Shown here: piece after piece, positions 25,482 through 42,555 of the stretch
Layout of the letters: the number at the start of each line of letters is the position of its first letter
Numbering within the stretch: the first letter of the stretch is position 1
DNA from: Octopus vulgaris
Lineage: Eukaryota
Assembly: GCA_951406725.2 (NCBI GenBank)
Contig: OX597815.1
Coordinates: 196,168,001-196,232,000 of the forward strand
DNA: 64,000 nt
Direction: 5' to 3'
Made by a program: the position numbers and the translations under genes
The notes under the pieces: model-generated
Databases searched by the model: none
What the model saw: only the letters and a program-made list of their open reading frames with translations
What the model was told of the DNA's origin: nothing

Positions 25482-25785
25482 GGAGGCGTAGTTGCACAGT
25501 GTTTAGGGTAGCGGACTCGTGGTCGTAGGATGGTGGTTTCGATTCCCAGACCCGGTGTTGTGAGTGTTTATTGTGTGAAAATACCCAAACCTCCACGAGG
25601 CTCCGACAGGGGATGGTGGCGATCCCTGCTGTACTCTTTCGTCACAACTTACTCTCACTCTTTCTTCTGTTGGCCTTCTCGCTTAGCCAGCGGGGTGGCA
25701 TCATTTGAAGGCTAAAACAATGCGAAGTGCATTCTGACCAGTGATGTGTAGCAACATCTGATTGCCTGATCCGTCACGGTGATTA
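25482..25785 (+). mobile_element. SINE family C with alternative (RTE-like) tail
   Basis: Family C head followed by the tail also found at 4461-4582. Confidence 0.8.
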
Positions 25786-25896
25786 TGATCAACATACAGC
25801 AAAATATTATTGTATTTCCATACGAACGCTTTCATTTTCTAAAAATTGCTTAAATGTATTTAGTTCAATTTGAAATAGCATTGGAAATGTGGAAAG

Positions 25897-26232
25897 AAGC
25901 TTGCTTCCCAACCATATGGTTCCGGGTTCAGTCCCACTGAGTGGCACCTTGCGCAAGTGTCTTTTACTATAGCTCCGGGCCGACCAATGCCTTGAGAATG
26001 GATTTGGTAGACGGAAACTGGAAGAAGCCAGTCGTATATATATATTTGTGTGTGTGTCTTTGTGTCCATGTTTGCTCAACATCATCGCTTGATAACTTGG
26101 CGGTTCTGCAAAAGAGACTGATAGAATAAGTACTAGGCTTACAAACAATAAGTTCTGCGGTCAATTTCTTCGACTAAAAGCGGTGCTCCAGCATGGTCGC
26201 AGTCAAATGATTGAAACGTGTAAAAGAATAAA
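25897..26232 (+). mobile_element. CORE-type SINE (family A), 5'-truncated
   Basis: aagcttgcttcccaaccatatggttccgggttcagtccc...gcggtgctccagcatggtcgcagtcaaatg. Confidence 0.85.
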
Positions 26233-26362
26233 AAATATTTATATTATGCTATCCCTTTATGTAGTTGTGTTTGTATTGATCATACTGTATTACAACAATA
26301 AATAGAACGTAAAATTTAAGTTGCAATTTTTGCAATTCCCAAAAATTATTTTTTAGCGTATA

Positions 26363-26760
26363 GGCGCAGTAGTGACTGTGAGGTAAGTAGCTTGTTTACC
26401 AACCACATGGTTCCGGGTTCAGTCCCACTGCCTGGCATCTTGGGCAAGTGTCTTCTACTATAGCCTCGGGCCGACCAAAGCCTTGTGAGGGGATTTGGTA
26501 GACGGAAACTGAAAGAAGCCCGTCGTATATATGTATATATATGCGTGTGTGTGTCTGTGTTAGTCCCCTTCGCATTGCTTGACAACCGATGCTGGTGTGT
26601 TTATGTCCCCGTTACTTAGCGGTTCGGCAAAATAGACCGATAGAATAAGTACTGGGCTTACAAAAGAATAAGTCCCGGGGTCGAGTTGCTCGATTAACGG
26701 CGGTGCTCCAGCATAGCCGCAGCCAAATGACTTAAACAAGTAAAAGAGTAAAGAAAGAGT
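26363..26760 (+). mobile_element. CORE-type SINE (family A)
   Basis: Full copy of family A. Confidence 0.9.
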
Positions 26761-26782
26761 ATATAAATCTAAGAATTATATA

Positions 26783-26998
26783 TTCCTTTCCACTCTAGGC
26801 ACAAGGCCCGAAATTTTGGGGGAGGGGACCAGTCGATTAAATAGACATCTGTACGCAACTGGTACTTAATTGTTTATCCTCCCCCCTCGAAAGGATGAAA
26901 AGCAAAGTCGACCTCGGTGAACTCAGAACGTAAAGACAGACGAAATATCAAGAAGCATTTCTCCTGGTGCGCTGACGTTTCTGCCAGCTCCTCGCCTT
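26783..26998 (-). mobile_element. Meta-type SINE (alternative tail)
   Basis: Family B head and core with a tail ending gggccttgtgcctagagtggaaagg. Confidence 0.8.
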
Positions 26999-27440
26999 CT
27001 ATGAATTATATATTATTACAGACATGGTTATGGCGCCGAGTTGGCAGAATCATTTGAACACCGGGTGAAATACATAGTATATTATAAGATTTTCTCGTTG
27101 TCTGTGTGTTTATGCGTGTGTGTGTGTGTGTGGGTATTTGTGTTGCGTGTGTGTGGGTATGTGTGTTGTGTGTGTGTGTGTGTTAATATCGAAAACTGCG
27201 AATGAATGCTCAACAACGTATTGGTGGATAAATATTGATTATCTGTGGGTTAACAAGGCTACTTCAATCATGCCGTGAGAAATCTCAGCAATTAAGAAAA
27301 CTGCCACGCGGGACGCCGTTCGTTCTCGTCTCCATCTTATTTTCATCCAAGACTGATACAAAGACTAATGGCTCATGTGGCAAGCTTGATAATTACTGTG
27401 CATGAAACAAGTGGTAGCCTTATTATGCCGCAGATAAAGA

Positions 27441-27488
<48 letters not shown>

Positions 27489-27627
27489 ATGTGTGTATGT
27501 GCTTATTTATTTTGTGAAAATGCAGCTTCCACTTAATGTTTATGTCAGTGAGCGCACACGTTCATTTTTATTCATACGTCGCATAAAAATAATACTGTAC
27601 ATAACTTGTAAGAAAGCCTCTCCCCTC

Positions 27628-27695
<68 letters not shown>

Positions 27696-27699
<4 letters not shown>

Positions 27700-27829
27700 A
27701 TCGAAACAAGAAAGAACAAAAAAACACAACAACGCGAGGACGTGGAACAAATATAGTATTATTGGACGTTCAGGAAAGAAGGAAAGACAGAGGAAAAAAA
27801 TCGCCAACGTTACACACGCGGTCACATTT

Positions 27830-27830
<1 letters not shown>
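27696..27830 (-). mobile_element. PLE-type terminal repeat with the HHR segment deleted, between (TA)n tracts
   Basis: gcgaggacgtggaacaaatatagt...cacacgcggtcacatt is shared with 10016-10200. Confidence 0.65.
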
Positions 27831-27875
<45 letters not shown>

Positions 27876-27879
<4 letters not shown>

Positions 27880-27993
27880 CGACCCTGAAAGGATGAAAGG
27901 CAAAGTCGACCTCGGCGAAATTTGGACTCAGAACATAAAGACAGACGAAATACCGCTAAGCATTTTGCCCAGTGTGCTAACGTTTCTGCCAGC
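27876..27993 (-). mobile_element. Meta-type SINE fragment
   Basis: atcgaccctgaaaggatgaaaggcaaagtcgacc...tttctgccagct. Confidence 0.85.
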
Positions 27994-28000
27994 TTACCAA

Positions 28001-28044
<44 letters not shown>

Positions 28045-28849
28045 TTCTACTCGGAGCTACACAGATACTCTTGTATGAAATACGCTATTACATATCAATC
28101 ACTGAAGATCTTAATATATATACGTCTCTGTAATTCCATACAATGAAAACGGAGGGTGTTTCTTTCAATCCAATTATGCTTAAATCTGAACTTAATTCAT
28201 CTGTATATAAAGTTGACGACAAGAGCATACGGGTGCAACTGTACGCGGCAAAATTTAACTGTGTAGAAATCTCTCGATTGTTGTTGACATACCTTTCTGC
28301 TTTGTATACATACGCTAACCTAAAACATCGTACCAAAAAAGTAAATCCATATATATATATTGATTGATCTATAATTTTTATAAACCTATATTTAGAGATA
28401 TGATATATTGTCATTTAATGAAATAATAAATATTTGTACAGTTTCTATTTAAAGTATAAATCTATTCATCATTAAGATAATTATTTTTGCATGTTTGCGT
28501 GCTTCCTTGGGACAGAATTACTGTGATTAGCATAATAGTAAATAATTTATTTTGCTGTAACCATCTAGATAAAACTAACAGTTACGATGGTCACAGCGTG
28601 GACAAAATCAGCGAATGCAATAATGATAAAAATGATTTCAAATATTGGTACACGGCCAGCAATTTCAGGAGGATGGGTTTGCGATTTGTCTGTATTTGAT
28701 TGGTATTTATCTATTTATCGACCCAAAAAAGGGGAAAGATAAAGTTGACCACATTAGGTTTTAAGCAGAGAACCTAAAATATTAGAAGAAAATATTCTCC
28801 CAGTTTGCAGCGATAATAATAATAATAGTAATACTATTAATAATGATGA

Positions 28850-29386
28850 TGCAGTACCAGGCAGTGGCTCTCGTGGTTTCTGATCCTAGCTGATTGGAAG
28901 TGTCATCATGTACATTGTTTTGTCTTGGTATAAAAGATGAGCTACAGCAAATATTATGCTCAATACTACGGATTTGCTCGTCAGTTGTTTGACCTTAACC
29001 AGTTGAGCATGTCCCTTAGTGGCTGTCGATATGTGCATCTCTGATCATAAGCAGAAGTAGTGAGGGAGCATCATAGCTGTGTGTTGAAAGGAATTCTTGG
29101 TGGTTTGGAGAATTCACCTCTGGAAACATTGATGGTTTGTTAAACAATCCTTATACAGGAACCTTTGGAGCGGGATGGACTACTCGACCAGAAGAAAATT
29201 CTAACTGGGCCCCACCTCCAAGGTCATGCGCTGTTTATCTTGATATGAGATCACAATATCGCGCACATTTGGTTGTGATGCATGTGCCTGGTGTACCCTT
29301 ATCAGACAGGTTGTCATGCTGGGTATAACAAGCTTCGTATATTTTACACCAGTGTCACTTTGATGGCATGTACTGCTCTCTCACTC

Positions 29387-29424
<38 letters not shown>

Positions 29425-29425
29425 G
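28850..29425 (+). mobile_element. Probable retroposon inserted in (AAT)n (Dong/R4-associated?)
   Basis: A GC-richer 540-bp block bounded on both sides by (AAT)n and ending ctctcactc(aat)n. Dong elements are known to target (TAA)n. No ORF evidence. Confidence 0.4.
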
Positions 29426-30431
29426 TAGAAGAAGAAGAAGAATAAATCAGTCTGCTATATCGACACCAATGCTCATATAATATTCTTCCTATTATCTTAG
29501 AAATAATGAATCGTATCGACGGTTGTTGCTTATAATTCACACTCAAATAAATTTAATATTTAGTTTTAGCTTACACCTATTATTTCACACAGCTGTTTGT
29601 TATTCAGGAACAGCTGTATGAAACATACTGATTTTATTGTAATATACACTGTGCAAGGAAAGTCTCGGACATATTAATTTTACACCAACTTCACATGTTC
29701 TTCTAAACAGGCATGTTTTTCTCATTGGTATAAAATATGCATGTAGATAAGCAACAAATTGTAAACTATATACAACCACACACACACAGACACACTCACA
29801 TATATTCAGGCGCCACAAACACACACACATACACGCACGTGCATAAATATATATATACAGATGACAGATCAGACTTTCAACGGGCAGGGTAACAAAAAAT
29901 GTAAAAATAAATTTTAAACTGCAAAATCAAAAAGAGAAATGGCCTAAATATGATTTGTAGTCAACACATGCACGCTCAAGCAAACATTTGTAGTCATTGA
30001 TAGGAGAAACAATGAATAGTAAATGTGGGATGAAAATTGGGCGATAAAATGTTTGTCGTTGTCAGTTAAGTTAAATAAATATGTGTTTGTAAGAATTATC
30101 TTAAGTAATTAAAAGCACATCAGACAGCGAGGATATTTATCTTACAAAATGGAGATCATTTATGATAATTGAGAAGTAGCTGTCATGTTAATTGGAGAGT
30201 AATATTGTTTATATTATAAGTTTGAAAGAATTATTATCTGAAATGTATTTTTTTTAATTATGAAAATGTAAAATATTTCAGACTTTTTAAGAGTTTAATA
30301 AACTGATTTTTATTAGAAATATTATTTTACATCTAAATGATTATAGAGTTTTAAAGGTTTGTGCATCTTTCCGTCAGTAATAGCAATAAAATGTGTATTA
30401 AATTATTTCAGGTGATGTGAAAATAGACTAA

Positions 30432-32313
<1,882 letters not shown>

Positions 32314-32519
32314 ATGCATAACTCAGTCAAAGGCTATAATAGTTTCAAATAACATTGTTTCCTCTGAACACCTGTGTATTCGAAAACCTTACGAAACCGT
32401 GTTTAAAAACACGAGAAAACATACTATAAAAAGAGAACCAAACCTTTCACATTGCTGCAAAAATCAACAAAGTCCAAATGTACAATTCCTTATGTGATTC
32501 GCAGTAATTTTTTTTTTAT

Positions 32520-32895
32520 GTACTAGTTTAAGCTCGAGAGCTGCGGACATACTGGGGCATCGCCATTAGCTTTGCTACACCTTCACTAATTGAAACGTTG
32601 TCTGTTATGTGATATTAGGCGAATGAGGGCGTTTGATGTTTTTGCCCTCCTCTGTGTTTCTTCTCGCGAGGTAGGTAGGTTCATTCGAAACTCTTGAAAA
32701 GTGGAGATACATGTAGGTCAATGAAGCATTTTGGACGGATATTGAAAAGTTTTGTGATCTTGAAAACCAAGCTGTTGCAGTATCTGTTCCTATATCCTGA
32801 TAGCAATGCTGGGATTTTTGCAGCTATGCAGAACTGCCCCGTCCTGCTATTTGTGTAACTTTTAATGCCAAAGTTTGGTACAATTTCTAGGATAT
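32520..32895 (-). mobile_element. 3' end of a CR1/L2-group LINE
   Basis: Translates ILEIVPNFGIKSYTNSRTGQFC...RNRYCNSLVFKITKLFNI; homologous to 43330-43715. Confidence 0.75.
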
Positions 32896-34214
32896 AAAAT
32901 ATGAAAGCGATAGCAGTATTACATCACAAAAAAGATGACACCAATACTGAAGGAAATTTATAACCAACTACAGGTGATTGAATGGAGAATATTATCTGTT
33001 TGGTTGGTTCAGACTGATTCAATAGGCGATCAACATATTTCTAGTTAATTTATAGAAATCAGATTGAAATAAATATTGTGGTAATATGTTACAAAAGAGA
33101 TTAATAAATGATGTATAAGAGAAAATATGAAAAGTAAAACTTATATAGGTTAGTATTCTATATATTCTACTAAACTTGAATGTACTCTCGAAACCAGAAA
33201 ATTGCAGTACTCGTCTGCAGAAAGCATGTCTTATAGAAATTCTTTATTATTTCTCATGATTGAATTATTTCTGCTTGTTTCCAAGATTTTTATTCATATT
33301 TTGTCTTTGTTTTGTACTTCCGAATATAAATTACCTCTCCAACACTAAGAGTAACTGTGTTGTAAATATGGGATTATTCAAATTTTATAATAGCTTGACT
33401 TAATTATATTTCTGAATATCTTTAATGGAGGAGTCAGACGTACTTCTACTTTATTAATGACGTATTAATGAGACACATTATCGGCATTAAGGTTACCATT
33501 AAAAGCAGCAACTATTCATATTCTATATGTGTTTTGCATGCTTTTACCATTTTGATTTGCATATTTTTAGAGAAAGTATCTTATATATCATCACAGAAAC
33601 TACTCAATGATAAATGGAAGATTGACTAAAGAGTCACACCTTATAAGCAATTGATTTTAAGTGTAAGCCTAGATTAAATTTTGTTTTCTAGGTATACTAA
33701 TTTAATTGTGAAAATTGCTTTCTACAAATCCCTGTTAAATCTTCTTTAAGGAGTGTTTGTAGGTTACAAGATTCATTACAAACGTAATTTATGAGGAAGT
33801 TACATTAAATTAAAATTTCTGAAATCAATTTTCCCAAACTCATATTGAATAATTTCGATGTAAACTATACTGCAGGTTCTTAATTACGAACTTTTTTTCA
33901 GTTTGTACAATGATTTACTGACTTATATTTTTAATGAAACTTAATCCAAGTTTGTAGTTCTTCAACATATAATATTATGTTAACTTCCCTTCATATTAAT
34001 CGAATTTGCAATATCGCGTCAACAATGTCTATTGTATTCGGCATGGCCCTATTTATTTTCAAGAGAAATCATATCTTCTATAATCAGTAATAATACACAT
34101 CACCCATTTCCCACAACCTTTTGTTCTGTTTAATAATTGGTACGAATCAGATCAACTCAACTCCGGGCGTGAAATGAAGACGCACTATTATACTATTGTT
34201 GTCTAGGGTATTTT

Positions 34215-34832
<618 letters not shown>

Positions 34833-34865
34833 CATATACATATCTATCTATCTATCTATCTATCT

Positions 34866-35063
34866 GACCTCGTGAGCACCGCCAGCAATTTTTTTTTCTC
34901 TGTCTTCCCTTCTCGGGATCTTTCCTTCTCCGTTTTTTCCGACGAAGAGCTCCGCTCGAAACGTTGAACCCTCCTTCTTCCCTTCTTTCCTGAGCGTCCA
35001 ATAATACTTTATTTGTTCCACGTCCTCGCGTTGCTGTGTTTTTTTGTGTTTTCTTGTTTGGAT

Positions 35064-35068
<5 letters not shown>
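34866..35068 (+). mobile_element. PLE-type terminal repeat with minimal HHR-like motif
   Basis: TTT-CCGACGA-AGAGC-TCC-GCTC-GAAAC-GTT-GAAC; the 3' end abuts (TA)n; inverse homolog of 10016-10200. Confidence 0.7.
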
Positions 35069-35114
<46 letters not shown>

Positions 35115-36180
35115 TCGTTCATTTTAGGCAGTGAGCAGATTTTTGTAATGTTACTTTAACTGTCCTCATTCAATCAAATGCCTAATATTTCTTGTATACG
35201 TGTTTAGCTAGACTTGGCTATGGATTATAAGGTTACAACATGCAATATGTTTTAGCAAACCCGAAGTTTGATACCAGTGTACTGATTTAATAATGTTAAT
35301 GCTTATTGTCGATCCTTAAGTTTTGATTAAGACAAATATTGTATTCAAATCTATTTTGCGAATTTCTAATGGTTCATTTTACCAATAATACTCACTTGCC
35401 TATTGCAACTATTCTTTACACCATGGAATATCCCATTTTTTGTATATACGACTAGCATTCTTTCTTCGCCACACTGAGTGTAAAACCAATTTGGCAAATT
35501 ACTAAAGTAACTATTACTTTACAATAATAATAACCCATATTACACTAAATAGATTTTTATCCAGTTAATATTTGACATTTATAATTGAATAAAACACATC
35601 ACACACTCACATTCCAAAAACACATGACTCCTTGTATACGTACGTACATACAATGTATGGTTTTAGGCATGAAAGTTTAATCTTACGATTATGAATAGAA
35701 AATATCATGTTATTGAATGGTAGATCCAATAAACAAGATTCGTGTATGATACAAAGATTTGTATAAAAATTTTTATCTGTAGGGTTCTTCGGAAAGTCTT
35801 ATTGTATAAAGCTATTTGAACATTCGTCTACAATTGTTCATCGTTACTAGAATAGCCAATATTTTTAATATCACTATGTACTAATAATAAAAAGCCAACA
35901 GACTTAAGCGAATTTGCATTCATTTACAGCGGACTAACAGACGGAATGATTGAACACCAGATGTTTAATGAAATGTAAAAGTTGTAGTTGTAATGTTGAA
36001 GTATAAAACGTTGATGTTGGTGTGAACACAATTATATTCATAGAAGAAAATACACACACATATACACACACACGCACACACACACACACACGTATACATG
36101 TACACATGCACACACATATATATGTACATAGATATATAAATATATATTTTGTATATGTATATATCAATATGTTTGTGTGA

Positions 36181-36221
<41 letters not shown>

Positions 36222-36328
36222 TACACACACATATATCTTGCTGTCTGGAGAGGGTCATTATGCTAATGAGATTTTAAATAAACACACGAATTCACATTAA
36301 GAATCTTGCAAACCAATTAAAAATCCAA

Positions 36329-36379
<51 letters not shown>

Positions 36380-36419
36380 TGTGTGTTTGTGTGTGTGTAT
36401 GTGAGTGTGTATGTATACA

Positions 36420-36455
<36 letters not shown>

Positions 36456-36925
36456 TGGTGTGAGTGGATGAGGAAGGAAATGAAAGTTTAAAAAATGGAC
36501 ATTTGCCTGAGGAAATTAAAACCTATAAACGGACACGACAGTATGTGTGTATTGAAGTAAACATCGATATTTGGTCAAAATGATCGATCAAATTTCGACA
36601 ATCACTTCTATATTATGTCTAGTGATTTTAAATGAAAATTTATATATGTGGTGTATATGCGTGCGTTTATTTTCTTTTAGTTGCATATGTGTATTTTCAG
36701 TGTCCTCAAATACTTAATGGGCGAGCAACAAATGTTTTATTTTGAAAATGTAAGGCCCGTCGTAGAATACTAACGTCACCATTTGGGATTAGATTGCTTC
36801 TACAGACAAAACTGTCTTTACTGTTGTCAATCATATTTTGTGGGAAACTTTTCAAAGATCCACATTGCTGTTATCTTTTCCTCTTGTTTTGCCACTTACT
36901 CTAGTCTTGTTTTCCATTATTCACT

Positions 36926-37018
36926 ATACCTTCCACGCACATCTATAACAATATGGCTATACCTTCCCCGCAGATCTATAACAATATGGCTATACTCTCC
37001 ATGCAGCTCTATAACAAT
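36926..37018. repeat. 33-bp minisatellite x3
   Basis: tataccttccacgcacatctataacaatatggc repeated with variation. Confidence 0.85.
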
Positions 37019-37182
37019 CTGAAGGTGATCATCCACCTCATTAATCTCACTGATGGTAATGATTAATGATTACTATAAAGAAAAAGAAAATCACTTTGAA
37101 CTTCACTTTTTAAAAGAGACTAAAGAATAAATTCTTAATTCTATCATCTGTAAGATTCTCAAGATATCTTTGCATTGTGGGC

Positions 37183-37314
37183 TAAAGTGGGATGTTAAAG
37201 TGGACGATGGATTATGCTTACCCCATCAGTTTGATCTACTATTCGAAAACTGGTAGTTCGTTGGCTTACAATGCCTGTGAATATCTTGCATATATCAGCG
37301 AGAAGAAATATAGA
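37183..37314. repeat. Dispersed ~130-bp duplication, copy 1 (copy 2 at ~38980-39110)
   Basis: tgttaaagtggacgatgga...cagtttgatctactattc...gagaagaaatataga is present twice. Confidence 0.9.
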
Positions 37315-40300
37315 CGTAGATGTAGGGATGGTAAAGTGGTGATTCACACAGAAATTACAAGAAAAAGTGAAATAATTCTTTTTTAGTTTAGAACTGTAAT
37401 TGAAGCAGATAAGTTATAGATAAAAGCATGTAAATATGGGGTTAAAAAGTCCCTTTGACTCGAAACGTGGAAGGCGACCCGTGAGACACAAAACTACATC
37501 TACTGTAAACACGAGTTTATATTCTTTAAAATATATTGCATCATCCGATAAATGGATGATTTACTTTCGTTTCTTATCGTTAAAATTCCAGCCCCAATAT
37601 TGACAGTGAAACTAGATTTTGGCATAATTAGCGACATACGTTAGTATATTTAAAAAATCTAAAAACATTGCATGTGTTTGTTTGTTTTTTGCTTTGTCTT
37701 TCCTCTTATCAGTATGTAATGTCTCATTTTAACACTCAGTAAATGTCCTCAGTCGGATTTCTTTCCCATTCAATTATCTTAGCATAGTGTTTCAAGATAT
37801 TTTATGATCATTAGCACATGTGTACTATAACATGCCACTCCCAAGTGGCAGCTTAAAATCCTACTGACATCTAGTTCAAATATATAGTAACTAGCTTGAA
37901 TGTATACTTATGTTTCCAGGAATCTGTGCATACGATATCTTCTGTAAAATAACAGACAAAAAAAACTTATCTTCCCACTTAGGAAACAGGTCACATTTTC
38001 TTAAGCATTAATTGGAAATTTTAAAGTGTACGCCATTATTTGTTCCATAGACATTTTATTGTTCATCCAATTCAGTCTTTATAACACCTCCTAATATGCT
38101 TCAGTAATGAAATAATGAGGATAATATTCACTTCTACTTATTTCTACTATAGGCTCAATGCCTGAGAATTTAGGAGAGGGGCTAGTCAAATGCATCAACC
38201 CCAGTGCACGTCTGGTAGTCAATCTATCGACCCTGAAATGATAAAAGGCAAAATTTCATCTCAGAGTCAAAGATGGACGAAATTCTATTCAGCATTTTGT
38301 TGTGCGTGCTAACAATTCTACTAATAATATGCTGCGTTAAATATTATTATTATTATTGCTGTTGTTGTTGTTGTTATCCTGATCATGATCATGACAATCA
38401 TCATCATCCTCATCTTCATCATCATCATCAACGCTGATAATAATATTCCAATCATTATTTGCATGTAGATGTGAATTAATCTTTTCTCTGAATCAGTTCT
38501 ATTTTTTCAAATAGTTCTATTTCATTTTATCATTTAGCCTTAACGTATTGCAATAATAATATTAATTTTACAACACACTAAGGTGAATATTCGAATAATT
38601 ATGCAAACTAGCGCGAGATGTAATATTATGAGAGACGTATTTTAAGATACATATAAGCATTTGAACGCCATTCCTACTTGTATTTCTATTGAATATTTGG
38701 GCATAAAATGCTCAGAGTCTGTTTTTATCCTCTTTTGAATAATACAATAGACTACTCTACGGCATGTTGTTGATGGTAGATACAAAGGCGGACAGTAAAA
38801 CAATAGCATCACGTTTGGTGGAGTGCTTAATCATATTATCTAATATAGAAGAAGGTCATTGCTCTCAACATTATTCAAACCCTCTGAGACCTGTGGGATG
38901 GAAAGTGTTAAGTTTCATTAAAGCGATGACTTAACCGAATTTCTGTATAGGTGGTGGCCAATAAAATCAGCCAAGAGATAAAGTGTAGTGTTAAAGTGGA
39001 CGATGGAATATGCTTACCCCGTCAGTTTGATCTACTATTCCAAAACTGGTTGTTCGTTGGCTCACAATGCCTGTGAATATCTCGCTTATACCATCGAGAA
39101 GAAATATAGATTGAGAAATTGAAATTTCACTGTAGGCTCCCTGATGCTTAGCGTTAATTGTTCCAAGAAAAAGTGGAGATAATTTCAAAAAGTAACATCA
39201 TACTTAAAGTAAAATTTGAATTTTGTAAGCAAGCAATGAGATAGTTAAGGGAAGGGTTTACGTTTTTCTTTCTATCTCATCTAAAGTCGCGCCTAATCTA
39301 TCAGCTGACAACGATATTTACGCACAGAATAAAAAGATACAAAGACCTTTAGCTATTAAGAATTTTCATAATTAAAACGTTTAAATAAGATGTGGCAAAG
39401 AACGCATGTGGAACAATAAATTGAGATAAATAATTTAATAACATAGTAATGATTTTCGGAAAACAATTAAATTATTTGATATTTCCATTGTAGACAGAAA
39501 AAAAACTTATTGGGAGCTGGGAGCGATTCTCAGAAAAGAAGACTATTTTAAAGTAATAGAATCTGTGTAGTATTTAGCAGTTCTATGCTAAGGGTTTCAT
39601 ACGGGTTATAAATATTTCTGCAAATATTTTATTGCAAAACAGCTTATGCACTTTCTGAAATACGCATACTTTGATGTCGTATGCTATATTGTTTTATTAT
39701 ATACACAAACTATGAATAATGTATAAAGGTACAGTTTACAATACATACCCCCTTATATAATGCTTTCAATAGTGTCTATAGATTTTCAAGTATATATGCT
39801 GTGATGGCAGCTTATAGTATATTTGTATAATATTTTCAAATTCAATGATATATTTATATTTATAATAGGATATACTGTAAATATAGCTTCTATGTTACAT
39901 ATTTAAAGAGGTTAAATTATTATATATCTGTATGATGTAACGTATATGCATCAGCATTTTCCTATATTTATTATATCTATGATGTAATAGGATATGTTAC
40001 AAATATTAATAATATTATATTTTCAAATAAAATATCCAGGTTTTGAAATCTGTTTGCTATAACTGCTATTCTACGGAATATATAAAGAATAGGAAATATA
40101 TTCTGTAATTATTAGATAGTCAAAGAACTCGTGCACGTTTGAAATATTAATGCTGTGTTTTATCACACAACATTATTTCATATATTGTCATAATAATGTG
40201 CTATAAATATACATTGGGATATATCATATTGTAATATCTTATGCAAGTGAAGGATATATTTCTCAACATTACAATGAAATTAATTTAACTTCTAAACAAA

Positions 40301-40657
40301 ATAACACCATAGCAAAATAAACAAAAGAAAAATGAAATGTCGGTGTTTCAAACGTGAACATGAAACTGAGAGAATATCAGTTAAAAAGAAAATGTCGTTT
40401 TAAACTTTCAGTTAGAAAATGAAAGAAAAACAGGAACTATAATAATAGAGTGCGTGATATAAGTATGTACTGAATAATAGATCTACTGTTACTTTAATTT
40501 TGAACAATTTAAGTACAATTATTTATTATTATTGCTATCAAACGTTGCTGAATTGCCTTACTAATCTCATGAGAGTTCAATTAAGCGCCAAAATTGTGCC
40601 GTTTCTGACTTGGGTCACGTTTCTTGTTGTAGTTGTTGTTGTTATTATTATTACTAA

Positions 40658-41180
40658 AGCGGCGAGCTGGCAGAAACGTAAGCACGCCGGGCGAAACGCG
40701 TAGCCGTATTTCGTCTGCCGTTACGTTCTGAGTCCAAATTCCGCCGAGGTCGACTTTCATCCTTTCGGGGTCGATTAAATAAGTACCAGAGACGGACTGT
40801 GTCGATGTAATCGACTTAATCCGTTTGTCTGTCCTTGTTTGTCCTCTCTGTGTTTAGCCCCTTTTGAGTAGTAAAGAAATAGGTATTTCGTCTGCCGCTA
40901 CGTTTTGAGTTCAAGTTCCGCCGAGGTCGACTTTGCCTTTCATTCTTTCGGGGTCGATAAATTAAGTACCAGTTATGCAGTGGGGTTGATGTAACCGACT
41001 TAATCCGTTTGTCTGTCCTTGTTTGTCCCCTCTATATTTAGCCCGTCGCTACTTTCTGAGTTCAAATTCCGCCGAGGTCTACTTTGCCTTTCATCATTTC
41101 GGGGATGATAATTAAGTACCAGTGAAACACTGGGGTCGATGTAATCGAGGTAATCCCCTCCCTAAACTGCCCTCGTGGCA
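40658..41180 (+). mobile_element. Meta-type SINE trimer
   Basis: One head plus two further bodies restarting at ggtatttcgtctg and cgctactttctgagttc. Confidence 0.85.
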
Positions 41181-41189
41181 AAAATTAAA

Positions 41190-41191
41190 AA

Positions 41192-41254
<63 letters not shown>

Positions 41255-41325
41255 CATCATCATTATTATTATACTTATCATTATCAATATTATTATCATT
41301 ATTATTATTATTATTTTTTATTATA

Positions 41326-41376
<51 letters not shown>

Positions 41377-41407
41377 GTTATTCTTCTTATTATTATTATT
41401 GTTATTA

Positions 41408-41470
<63 letters not shown>
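41190..41470. repeat. (ATT)n microsatellite
   Basis: Read directly from the sequence. Confidence 0.97.
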
Positions 41471-41471
<1 letters not shown>

Positions 41472-42123
41472 ACACGTAGCTGGAAAGTTTGTTGTTATTC
41501 ATTTTTATTTCTACCACAGCCCTTTTACATAAATATACATATGAAAATGATATTATAAAACATAAACAAATTCTAAGATGCTGTTTTGTTAAAGAAATAT
41601 TCTAAAACATTAACTTCAATTCTGTAACACTGTTAATCACGTCAAACAATCTCAAGTACAAATGTAAATTTGTCTACTTGACTTATCTGTTGTATATTTA
41701 TGTAAACTTACTTATAATAGGATTATCAGGAAGTGGCATATATATGTGATTGTTTATATGTCTGTGAGAGAGAGTTTAACTCTGTGTGTGTGTGTATGTT
41801 TATATATGTATATATGTGTGTTTGTATAAATATGTGTGTGTGTGTGTTTATATATCTATATGTGTGAGTTTGTAAAAATATGTGTGTGTATATATATATA
41901 TGTGTGTGTGTGTGTATCTATCTATATTCATATAATGTTTTCATAAATTTCTATATGTATACTCATGTTTATGTGTCTAATAGTTTTTATATACAAATTT
42001 CTCTTTCTCTCTTTCTCTCTCCCTTCTCTCACTTCCTCTTTGTGTGTATATACGTATTTCATTAAATGTACACTGTATAAAGATAAGAAATGCAAATAGT
42101 GTCTTGCTACTAATGCCTCATCT

Positions 42124-42232
42124 ATTATTACCTCTGCCTTACCGAGGGTGGAGGTATTGTTTTCAGTCGTGTTTGTTTGTTTGTTTGTATGTCTGTGCAC
42201 TTGATATCCCAGGAAGCGCTGGATGAATTCGG
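42124..42232 (+). mobile_element. Helentron/HINE (DINE-1-like) 5' end fragment
   Basis: ttattacctctgcc-ttaccga-gggtggaggta hairpin followed by (gttt)n/gtctgt, the usual HINE 5' layout. Confidence 0.55.
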
Positions 42233-42555
42233 ATGTATGTGTGTATGTATGTATGTATGTATGTATGTATGTATGTATGTATGTATGTATGTATGTATGC
42301 ATGCATGTATATACTAGTATTATAACCCGATTTCATTCGGGTCTATTCAGACCGCATTTTAAAGATGCGGAATTTTTCCCTAGAGACCACGCCTTTGAAC
42401 TAAGCAAAATCAAAGCTGCCATGTAAACTTCCCAGAACTTTTAACATAGATGTGCAAATTTCTAGGTCAATCTGACCACAATTCTTAACACTTTTGCCTG
42501 CACAACTGCTTGTGAGACAACGTCCGCCCTTTTCACAAATATATAGTTGATATTA

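Noticed and set aside
28990-29070. Twister-like fragments (TAAC...GTCCC...GAGGG)
   Set aside because: The P2/P4 helices and pseudoknots could not be built by eye.
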